Below are positions 1 to 11,522 of a stretch of 64,000 bases of DNA, one piece after another. This DNA comes from Neocallimastix sp. 'constans'. Its lineage: Eukaryota. The DNA lies in contig JBODTK010000114.1 of NCBI GenBank assembly GCA_050613775.1, positions 372,001 through 436,000 on the forward strand, in the 5' to 3' direction. The position numbers were made by a program, and so were the translations under genes. The notes under the pieces were generated by a model. The model did no database searches. It was not told the DNA's origin and saw only the letters and a program-made list of their open reading frames with translations. The first letter of the stretch is position 1. Every line of letters begins with the position of its first letter.

Positions 1-1
1 C

Positions 2-82
2 AAAAGTTATCCTTCCTCATCTACCACTAATAACGCTAATAGTAACTATAGTATTTATTTAAATGATTATTATAATATTTAA
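2..82 (+). CDS. Possible coding fragment running in from the left window edge (KSYPSSSTTNNANSNY...), either a gene 3' end or an upstream exon of the next gene
   Basis: Bases 1-50 are more C-rich than the flank and read open in frame 2 to TAA at 80-82. There is a potential GTATTT donor at 51. Confidence 0.3.
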   Translation, partial: KSYPSSSTTNNANSNYSIYLNDYYNI

Positions 83-592
83 TTTTATTTATTTATTTAG
101 TTATTTATTTATAAAAAGTAATTTAATTTTATTATTATTATTTTTCACTACATATATATTTTATAATACTGAGTTATTATATATAAATTATTACAATAAT
201 AATAAATTATCATGAAATATTTTTCTCGCATAATTATTATTATATATTTAAATTATTTATTTATTTTATTGGAAAAAAAAAAAAATTAAAAATTATAATT
301 GGGATAAATACTTTTTTTATTGAAATATAATTTTATATTTATAAAATATTTATATTCATTAAATTTTTTAAATACCCATAATTTTCTTCTTGTTTAATTA
401 TTGATATTAATTATTAACTATTTTATATAATTATATACGTATATATGTTATTTTATAAAATTAAATCAAAAATCATTGTAACATTGTTCAATAAAACAAC
501 CATCAAAAATTATTCAAAATGAATTCTAATAATTTATTATTAAAAATATTTTTTGAACAAATAATTATTTTTGATTTTGTTTTTGATTATGT

Positions 593-646
<54 letters not shown>

Positions 647-1064
647 TTTGTTTTATTTTATTTTTATTTTTTATTTTTTCGAATTTCGCAAATTAAATCT
701 TCAAAATATATAACTTTTTCTAAATAATCAATTCAAATATGAAATATATTAAAATATTTAACAATTATAATTGTAAATGACGATAAACAATAACAATTAC
801 AATAAATAAATAAATTAAATAATATTAATAATAATAAACAAAATAAAACAAATTAAAAAAAACGAAAATAAAAATATAAAACTAATAAAATAATAAATAT
901 CAATAATAAAAAATTTTATTCAAACAATGTTCATTTATTTATCCCTGTATTTTAATAATATTATGTTAAAAAATGGAATTACATTCATTGAAATTCAATG
1001 AAATAAATGAATAAAAATAATATTATAAAAATATATTTGTATTTTTATAAAAAAAAAATTATGA

Positions 1065-3491
1065 AAATCAGAATCAAAACCAGAATTAAAAACTGAATCA
1101 AAAACTGAATCAAAAACTGAATTAAAATCAGAACCAGAATCAAAGTCGGAACTAGAATCAAAATCAGAATTAGAATTAGAATCTAAAACTGAATTAGAAT
1201 CTAAATCAGAAGTAGAATCAAAACCAGAATCAAAACAAGAATCAAAACAAGAATCAAAACAAGAATTAAAACAAGAATCAAAACAAGAATCAAAACAAGA
1301 ATCAAAACAAGAATCAAAACAAGAATTAAAACAAGAATCAAAACAAGAATCAAAACAAGAATCAAAACAAGAATCAAAACAAGAATCAAAAACTGAATCA
1401 AAAACTGAATCAAAAACTGAACTAAAATCAGAACCAGAATCAAAGTCGGAATCAGAATCAAAATCAGAATTGGAATTAGAATCTAAAACTGAATTAGAAT
1501 CTAAATCAGAAGTAGAATCAAAACCAGAATCAAAGCAAGAATCAAAACCAGAATCAAAACCAGAATCAAAACCAGAACCAAAACCAAAATCAAAACCAGA
1601 ATCAAAACCAAAATCAAAATCAAAATCAAAATCAAAATCAAAAACAGAATCAAAAACAAAATCAAAAATTGAATTAAAATCAGAATTAGGATTAGAATTT
1701 AAAACTGAATTAGAAACAAAATTAGAATTAGAACCAAAATTAGAATTAGAACCAAAATTAGAATTAGAACCAAAATTAGAATTAGAACCAAAATTAGAAT
1801 TAGAATCGAAATTAGAATTAGAATCGAAATTAGAATTAGAACCAAAATCAGAATTAGAACCAAAATCAGAATTAGTATCAGTAAATGACAATAAGTCACC
1901 TTATATAGTTAGTGTAGAATCTAGGAAATTCAAAACTTATGAAAAAAAATCATCATACAGTAGCAGTATTTTAAATATAAAAGAAAAGAAATTTAAATAT
2001 ACTGGTGATATATGTGATAGTAAAGAAAGAAAAGATAATCTTAATTTATTAGATTTGGATTTCGAGCTAAATAAAAGTTTAAATTTAATAGAGTTAGATA
2101 ACATGGAAGAAAAAGAGAATACTGAAAATAAATTAGAAATTAAGAATACGTCACAATTAAGTTTAAATGAGAGTGAAAAATCAAATCATATAAAATTTAA
2201 TAATCAAGAAATTGAAAAAATATATAATTCAAGGAAAGAAGGTAATGCTTTTAAAAATAACACTATTAATACTAATATAAATTCTTCAAATGAAAGTAAC
2301 AGTATTAGTTCTAATGAAGCTATTATTCGAAGATCATCAACTAAACAATCATCAAATAGTGGTAGTTTCTTAATTCGAAGATCATCAACTAAACAATCAT
2401 CAAATAGTGGTAGTTTCTTACTTCGAAGATCTTCTACTAAAAGAAGTGTTACAGATTATTCAAAATCTGTACAAGATTGTATACATCAATTAGCACCAGT
2501 ATTTGAAAATTTTGATTCACAGTTTACCCCAAGCAAAGAATCAATGAAAAATGATTATTATAATTATAGTAATTTAGAAAAAAGTTTTTCACGAAAAAAC
2601 AAAAATTCAACCTCTGAAATAAGTAAAAATAGTTCGGGATTAATGATTGATACTGATTTTCTGAATTCTAAATCAGAACAGCCCATAACTATAAAATCAT
2701 CTCAAGAAGCAAGTAATCGTAAAAAATATGAATTAACACCAGGTGTTACTTCAGCTCCCACGAAAACATTAATAATAAATGAGTCCTTTAAGTTAAATGA
2801 TGATAAATCAAAAAATAGTTTAACCTATAATTCTAAAACTTTTGATTTATTAAGATCATCTAATAATAAAGAAAATTCTATTGCTAAAAATAATACTGGA
2901 AATCAAAATGTTACTAATTACGATTATAAAAGTTCCTTAAGATCAAGTACTATTGTAGTAGGACAGTCTCTCACCCACATTGAAAATAGCAAAAGTAGTT
3001 TTCTTAAATCCTTAAGAGAAAGTACAATGGTTGCTAATCAATATTATTCCTCTATTAATAATAATTATAATAATAGTAATAATAATAATAGTGATGATAT
3101 TATTAATAATAATAATAATAATAATAATGAGGAATCTGCATTTAAATTCAAAAAATCAAGTTCAGATATAAAAAGTCCATCTAAAAGAAGAAAGCCAATC
3201 TCATTATTGCCAAGAAATGAATCCTTAAGAATTTTGAAAGAGCAATTTCCAAAGGAAATAATTGGTGAAAATGAAATCTACGCTGCCAAATGTATAGAAA
3301 TTTCTGGTAAAAAAAGTATAAAATGTGAACGTATTACATCCAGTGAAAATAATCCAAATCTCAAAAGTAATAAAGCAATCAATAAAGCAGCCACTCCAGT
3401 AGCCACTGTTATGAATACTAATACTTTAAATACAAACATTGATTCTATTATGATAAATAAAAATTATAATATTAACGATAATGCAATTACA

Positions 3492-3550
<59 letters not shown>

Positions 3551-3553
3551 TAA

Positions 3554-3597
<44 letters not shown>

Positions 3598-4388
3598 TCA
3601 ATAAAAATGATAAATCTTTATTAATCAGTAAAATGAGTGGTATAGAAATGGATAATAATAAAAATAAATGTCAATCTGATCCTCTTTTGGCCTCTAAAAT
3701 AAATCATGACAGTAATGATAATAATAGGAAAACAAAATCGGTAGATAATAAACAATTGCAGTATTCAAGTAGATCTTCTTCATTAATTAATCCTACGAGT
3801 ATACCATCAACACTTTTTTTCAATAAGAAAATTTTGAAAATTAAAAATGAAGGTCTTCCAATAAAAAAAAGGAATTCAGGTAAAAAAAATTCCTTAATAA
3901 ATTTATCTGATCAATCCTCAAGCTCAAATGTAAGTGATATTTACAAAAATACAATATTAAGTAAAGAACAAATACTTGCTAAACAGTCTTGGGAAACAAA
4001 AGATAATGAAACACTTTCATATAATAGTTCTTCTCGAAGGAATCATCGAACTAGATCAAGATCATTTGATCATGGCTACATGTCCGAATATTATATGGCT
4101 GCTTTAACAAATTTTATGATAAACAATACTGATAATAATTCAAATACTACAGATTCACATTCAATTAAAAAGACTAATCAAGAAATACTAAAAGAATTAA
4201 ATAAAAATGGTTTCATTAAATTTCGTAGAAATAGTGTAGATGATTGTATTGATAAAGATATTACTTCACCTATTTTTGCAAAAATCAATGGATTAACAAA
4301 TTTAGAATTTACTGATCTTTACTTAGATATTGTCCAACGTAATCTATCTCTTGATGAATTATTACAAAGAATAAATCAAATTAATTAA
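1065..4388 (+). CDS. Large low-complexity, probably disordered protein (ESKQ/ESKP/LELEPK repeats, then Ser/Asn/Lys-rich with poly-Asn); 5' end unresolved
   Basis: The frame is open from 1065 (after TGA 1062-1064) to TAA 4386-4388, more than 1100 codons in DNA where random ORFs are very short. The ORF track starts it at TTG 1470. An ATG at 1061 is out of frame by one base. No recognisable domain. Confidence 0.75.
1066..1875 (+). repeat. Coding tandem repeats: 12-bp (GAATCAAAACAA / GAATCAAAACCA) and 18-bp (TTAGAATTAGAACCAAAA) units with a higher-order 300-bp duplication
   Basis: The units are directly visible. The block starting AAAACTGAATCAAAAACTGAATC at ~1089 recurs at ~1389. Confidence 0.9.
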
Positions 4389-4674
4389 AAAAAAAAAAAA
4401 AAAGAAAAAAAAGAAAAAAAATTCAATAGTATTATAAATATGTTTTTTGTTTTATATATATGTGATGTACATCTTAAAAAAAAAGAAAATTGTATAAAAT
4501 ATTATTATTTTTAATAGTTATTATATTTCTACAATAGTAATAATAATGTAAATAAATAAAGAAATAAATACGTAATAAAATTTATATCTAAATAACTTAT
4601 ACTTTTTTTTTTTATTTCTGTGATATATATAAAGAAAAAAAAAATTACAAAAAAATTACATTAGTTTAATATAA

Positions 4675-5097
4675 ATTTATTTTAAAAAATAACCTTTATA
4701 TATATTATTAATTAAACGCATTTTTGTAACAAAATCTAAATTTTATTATTAAAAAAAATTATATATATATTTATGTAATAATTTTGAAGAAATAATTGAA
4801 TAAAGTTTTAATTTATTTTAAAAAATAACCTTTATATATATATTATTAATTACGCATTTTTGTAACAAAATCTAAATTTTATTATTAAAAAAAATTATAT
4901 ATATATTTATGTAATAATTTTGAAGAAATAATTGAATAAAGTTTTAATAATTTAATAAGATGAATCATTACTATTAACTATTATAATTATTTTATATTAT
5001 TTTAAAGAAATAATTGATAGGAATTATATTAAGAGTTTTAATAACTTAATAAGATGAATCATTACTATTAACAGTTATAATTATTTTATATTATTTT
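4675..5097. repeat. Two adjacent local tandem duplications (~136 bp and ~94 bp periods)
   Basis: ATTTATTTTAAAAAATAACCTTTATA... occurs at ~4675 and ~4811. GTTTTAATAA(T/C)TTAATAAGATGAATCATTAC occurs at ~4941 and ~5035. Confidence 0.85.
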
Positions 5098-5153
5098 CAA
5101 AGTTTATGGAATAGAAAGATATAAATTTTTTATTTTTAATTCATACAATAAAC

Positions 5154-5185
<32 letters not shown>

Positions 5186-5999
5186 CTTTAACAATAGTTT
5201 ATATGTAAGGATAATTATACAATATTTTAATTATTTTTTTTTTAAAAATATTATATAATTTTTAACGGATTGAAGTTATTAATAATTAACTGATTTTGAA
5301 TAAAGAAAGAAATAATAAAAATAAAAAAAATAAAGAAATAAATAAAGAGAAGGAGTGTGTGTGTATTTCAAAATTATATCAATAATTACTAATGAAAAAA
5401 AAATTATATCTACTTAATAATACTACTTCTATTAATAACAGCAGTAATATACATAAATTTTAAAATTTCTTAATTTAAATAAATCCTAGAAAAAAATTAT
5501 AATATTTTATATATTTTTTTTATTATAATTATTATATTTATATTATGTATATATATATATATATATATATTCCTTTTATCTATATAAAAAGATTATTTCA
5601 GTATGCACTCTAAATCTTATAGAAATGACTGTAAATGAAGCGTTATTACTGTAATTAATACAAAAAGAGTATTGAACTAAATAATTAAATATATATATTC
5701 AAAATTTTAATATCTTTATAAATATATATATATAAAATAAAAAAATATATATATATATCAAAAATTAAATTATTCTATTAAAATAAACATAAAAATAAAA
5801 TAAAAAAAATAGTAGAATAGAATAAATAAAGAAAAAAAAATTATAATAATTAATAATTAATATGTCTATATATATATATTACAGTCATTATATAATAAAA
5901 AATTTAATATACTACGATTTTAAGTAAAAAAAAAAAAAAAAAAAAAAAAGGTTTTAAAATTTATTAAATTATAAATATATATACTTTTTTTTTAAAATA

Positions 6000-6030
<31 letters not shown>

Positions 6031-6047
6031 TATACTTGTTTTTTAAA

Positions 6048-6080
<33 letters not shown>

Positions 6081-8607
6081 TAATCTTTAGATATTTTTTT
6101 CTATCTTTACATACATATTATATATTTGTATATATTTGTGTCACGTGACATTTATAGTATATAATCATTAAATCATGATAAACTATGATTCTAATAAATA
6201 AACATTAATAAAAATAAAATATCATAATATAATTATTTTAAAATACTTTTTACTCACCATTTTTTTATTTTTTTATATCTAGTGAATGTAAATAATGAAA
6301 AATACATTATTGCAATATTTAAAAAAAAAATGAAGAATATTTGACTAAAATATATTATTTAATTATTTATATATATATTTTGAAATTTAATATTATTTTT
6401 AAAAAAAATTTTTTTTTCATTAAATAATATATTATAACACTATGAAAAAAAATATTTGATACAAGAGAATTACTATTAATATTTATTTATTTATTTATTC
6501 ATACATTAAGGATATTATTATTTTTTAGAATTTCCTTTTATAATATTTATTTACTTAATTTTCTGTTAATTTCAATATTCAACAAAAGAAAAATTTTTAT
6601 TATAGTCTAATTTATATCTTAATATATAAAATTATAAATCATTACTAATACCTTATTAATGTACAAAATAAATAAAATATTTAACTAAATACTAATAATA
6701 TTATTAATAATTATTATTATTGAAACCTTTTTGTAAAAGGATTACACAAAATTATATTTTATCTTTATTTTTGAAAATGATAATTTAAGACAAATTTTTT
6801 TTCATTCATCTATTTTAAAACTTCTTAAAAATTTTTGAATTGAATTGATATATATATAATTTTGTCAATAAATAATTTTAATCATTAATTTAAAAAAAAT
6901 AAAATAAAGCATAAAACATAATTAGGATAAAATAGTAATATTTTCGTAATAATTCATATTCTAATAAAAATATTTATTAGCATTAATAATTTTATAAATC
7001 ATTATACTAATTTTAAATTTATAATTATGTAAATAATGTAAATAAAATTAAATAAAATTATGTGCTTAAACATATCGTTTATATATATATATATATTTTG
7101 GTAATTCTTTAAGTAAAAAAAATACTGTTACACCATGTTAAATATGATATATTAAAAAAGATAAATGGACCTAAAATAAATAATAATAACTAAATTATCA
7201 TTGAAACCTTTTAGTTAAAGGATTACACAATCACTTAATAAATATATCTTTAACATAAACTTAAATAAAGTTAAGTAAATTAAATATGTTTTAAAGTTTA
7301 AAATATGAACTAAAAATATATATTAATAATTTTTAAATAATATGTTTTAACAATAATTTTATTTATTATATGTTAATTATTTCAAATTGATTTACATAAT
7401 AAAAACTTTTCTTAATTAAAATAAATTTAATAAATATATTAGTACAATATATTTATTTATTTATTTATTTATATAATAAAAAAAAAATATATATATATAT
7501 ATATATATTTTACTACAATTATTATTATTTTAGTAATATCGAAAGATTTAAATTAATATATATATATATTGTTTTATTATAATTTTTTTTTTTTTTTTTT
7601 TTAAATTTTTACCTACAAATTATTTAATAAAAAAATTATTAATTATAATAAAATAATGTATACATTTATATATATGAAAAAAATTTTAATAAACTAATTT
7701 CTTTAATCAGAAGTTTAAAAAATTTACTCATATTAAGGTATAAGCATAAATTTTAATAGTAATAGTAAAATCCTCTTTTCTTCTCCATCTATTTTTTTTT
7801 TCTCTATATTTATTTTATTATTTATAACTAATAAAATTTTGAATAGAAGTATAAAAATTGTTTGATTTAACAAAAATATTATAAAAGTAAATAACTTTTT
7901 TATCATTTAAAAATAAATAAAGTGTTATATGATTATTATTACTAGAAATTTTTTTATAATATATTGAATATCAAAATTAAAAAAAAATTCACTTCTGATA
8001 TAATTAAATCAGTTTTTTTTATTGGTCAATTTATTTATTTATTTATTAATTTATTAATTTATTTATTAATTAATTTATTAATTTATCAATTTATTTATTT
8101 ATTTATTTATTTGTTTGTTTATTTATTTATCTATTTATTTATACATTAAAATATTTCATAATCAAAATTTTATTTTCACAAATTTTAAAAAATTATTTAT
8201 TTATGCTAAAATTAATAACTATGGTTTTCATTTCAAAATTATTTCTCAAATAGTAGAGTTATTAATATTTTACTATATTATTAGTATTTATGAAAGTACT
8301 TTTTTTTTTATACTTTCATTAATCAAACATTTTTAGTTAAAATAATAATTTGTTCTATATTTGATATTATTATATTTTTTTATTTTTATTTATATTATTT
8401 TTAAAAATTATATAAGAAAATATGAATTATAATTTTGATAAAATTTAATATATATATATTTTTTAATTATTGAAATAATAACAGCTTTTAATTTAGAAAG
8501 TTAAAATTATATTTTTTTTTTTTTTATATGTAATAAAAAAAATTTTTTTTAATTAATTGTTTATTTATAAAATTATTAATCAATAAAAATAATATTTGGT
8601 TTATTTA

Positions 8608-8647
<40 letters not shown>

Positions 8648-11522
8648 AGATTTATATATATAAATTAACAATTTTATAAACAATATAATTAAATAATAAT
8701 TATTGGGAGAATCTTATTTAAACTTTTATTTATTTAAAAAAAAAAATAATAATAATAATAATTATATAAATTATTATTTAAGGAAAAAAAAAATAATATA
8801 ATTAATAACAACAAAAAAAAAATATTTTATTTAATATATATATTATTAAAAAAAAATTTTTTTTTAATGTTTATTTTGATAATAACATAACTATATAAGA
8901 ATTATTAAAATTATTACTATAATTATTATTACTTAAAATATAATTTATTATTATTTACATATATAATTTTATTGTAAATAAATTCTATATATATTTTATT
9001 GTTATTGTTATTTAAATATGTATTCTTATTTTTAACAAATACCTAAGTAAATATGCTTGCATATGCTAATAAAAAATTCTTTAATGTATCTTTTATGGGT
9101 TCTTTATTATTCAATAATAATGAAATTAAATGATATTTTTATATATTATGTATCCACTTTTTGATTATTTTATTTTTTTAATGTACAAAAACATTTATTA
9201 AATATAATCCATAGATATTTATTTTTTATACATTAACATAAATTAAAAAAAAATTTTTTTCATTTATTAATATTAATGTTTCTTCATTTATTTATATTTA
9301 AAATTTAACATCATAAAAAAAAATACTAAATATTTAATTTCTTTCTTTTTTTATACATAGTAATTAAATACTAAATACTTATTAATAATCTTTTTTTATA
9401 AAAATATTTATTTTTTTAATATATATTATAATATAGATTATATTAATAAATAACATTTTTTTTCAAAGCTAATCGTAATTTTTTCATATAAGAAAGAATA
9501 TTAGGAAATTTTAAATGAAAAAAAAAAAAAAAAAAAATTAAGTAAAAAATAAAAAAAAGTTTCAAAATTTTAAATTTTTAATTATTAAAATAATTAAGAC
9601 TTTTTTTTTACTTATTTATTTAAATTTAAAATTAAATAAAATCATTTTTTAAATGAAGTCTAAAAAATTTTAATATTTTTTTTAAAAAAGAACTATTGTA
9701 AATAATTTATATAATAAATCTAGTATAATTATAACATTAAAATATAAATATTTTGTATTATTGCTATTTATATAATAAATATTATAATTTCTTTATTATT
9801 TGTAATTTTAGTAAAAATTAATATTTATAGTAAATTATATTAATAAATTTAACGTTTTTATTTTTTTAAAAATATATATATTATTCATAATTATATATTA
9901 ACAAATTATATACATTTTTTTTTTTTATTTTTTGTTTTTTTAAAAAATAATTATATGTATTTTCCATTATCGATCCAAAACTTTAATAATAATAAGTTAC
10001 TTTTATATTATAAAAAATTAAAATGAAGTTTTTAGGAAAAAAAAAAAACTTTATTATAATTAAAAGGATTAAAGCTCTTTTTTTTTTTTTTTTCATTCAA
10101 ACCACTAAAAACTATACAATTTATATTTTTATTTAATATTATAATTAAAAAATATTACATAAATTTTATAATTATAATAATTATATATTTAAGTTATAAT
10201 ATAATCATTTCATAGAAGAAAAATAATATATCAATATCCTATACTATATTACATTTTTATTAATATATTATAATTAAATCTATTACACTACTTAAATGTC
10301 AATTAAAAATAAATATATAAATAATAAATATATATTTTTTTTGATAATAATTTTACTAATTAAATATATATAATTAATTTTTTAATAATATTTATATATT
10401 TATTATATTTATTATTATTATTATTTTAATAATACAAGTTTATTAGTTTTGTAATATATTTTATCTATATATTGTTTATTTTTTTTTTATCTTTTTTTTT
10501 TTATCTTTTTTTTTTTATTTTTATTTTTTTTATTTTTATTTTTATTTTTTTTTTTATTTTTAGTTTTTTTATTTTTATTTTTTTTTTCTATTTTTTTAAT
10601 TATTATTTTTTTTCATTTTTTTATTATTATTTTTTTTTTTATTTTATTTTTTTTTATTTTTTTTTATTTTTATTTTTTTTTTTTTATTTTTATTTTTTTT
10701 TTTTTTTTATTTTTTTTTTTTTTTTTATTTTTTTTTTTTTTTAATACTTTTATTAATTTTAAATAATTAAAAATATTAATATAGTAATACCTATATATTT
10801 TTAATAAATTTTATTATTTTAAATAAACGTTTTTTACTTTTAATTTTAAACTTTAAATATTTCATTTTTGGAAATAAAATATATATGTAAATTTTAACTT
10901 CAATAAATGAAATAATACCTAATTTTTTTTAAAAAAATTTTTTTTAAAAATTAAAATTTTTAAATTAATATATATAAATTTATTATTTTTTTAATAAACT
11001 CCGATTTTGTATGTTAATAAATCAATCTGTATAAAATTATATTTAAAACAAATCATTTTCTTTTTTTTTTTATTTTATTATTCTTATAAATCAAATATTA
11101 AAATATCTGAAGACATTTAATTGTATTATAAGCAGTAATATAAGAAAGTAATAAAAGGTAAAAATTGAAAGCTGTATTATAAGAGAATAAAAAAGCAGAA
11201 TAAAGAAAGATGAAGAGAGTCATATAATTTATATAGTTTAATGGATAATAAAGTTTACAAGGAATATTAATTTAAATAATAAATTTTTGAATATAAATCT
11301 TAAAAAAGAAGAGTGGATAAAAAGAAAAGAATTTAAATATTTATAAAATAATAAAATATTAATATATATTTTATTTCATATATAATATATAATTATAGGT
11401 ATTTTAATATTTTTTTTTAGAAATATTCGATTTATAAAAGAAAAAAGGTTTTTTATTACAGGATCTTTTTTTTCCATTTTTGTAAATTTACACATCTATA
11501 ATAAATCATATAAAATATAAAA

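Noticed and set aside
995..1899. Minus-strand ORFs (FDSC/FDSG repeats, LILV repeats)
   Set aside because: Antisense shadows of the coding tandem repeat on the + strand.
7964..10744. Short F/I/Y/L-rich ORFs (also 519-713, 35442-35732, 42937-43982, 49045-50953, 55133-55324, 59738-62284)
   Set aside because: Translations of T-rich tracts and AAAT satellites, with no coding signal.
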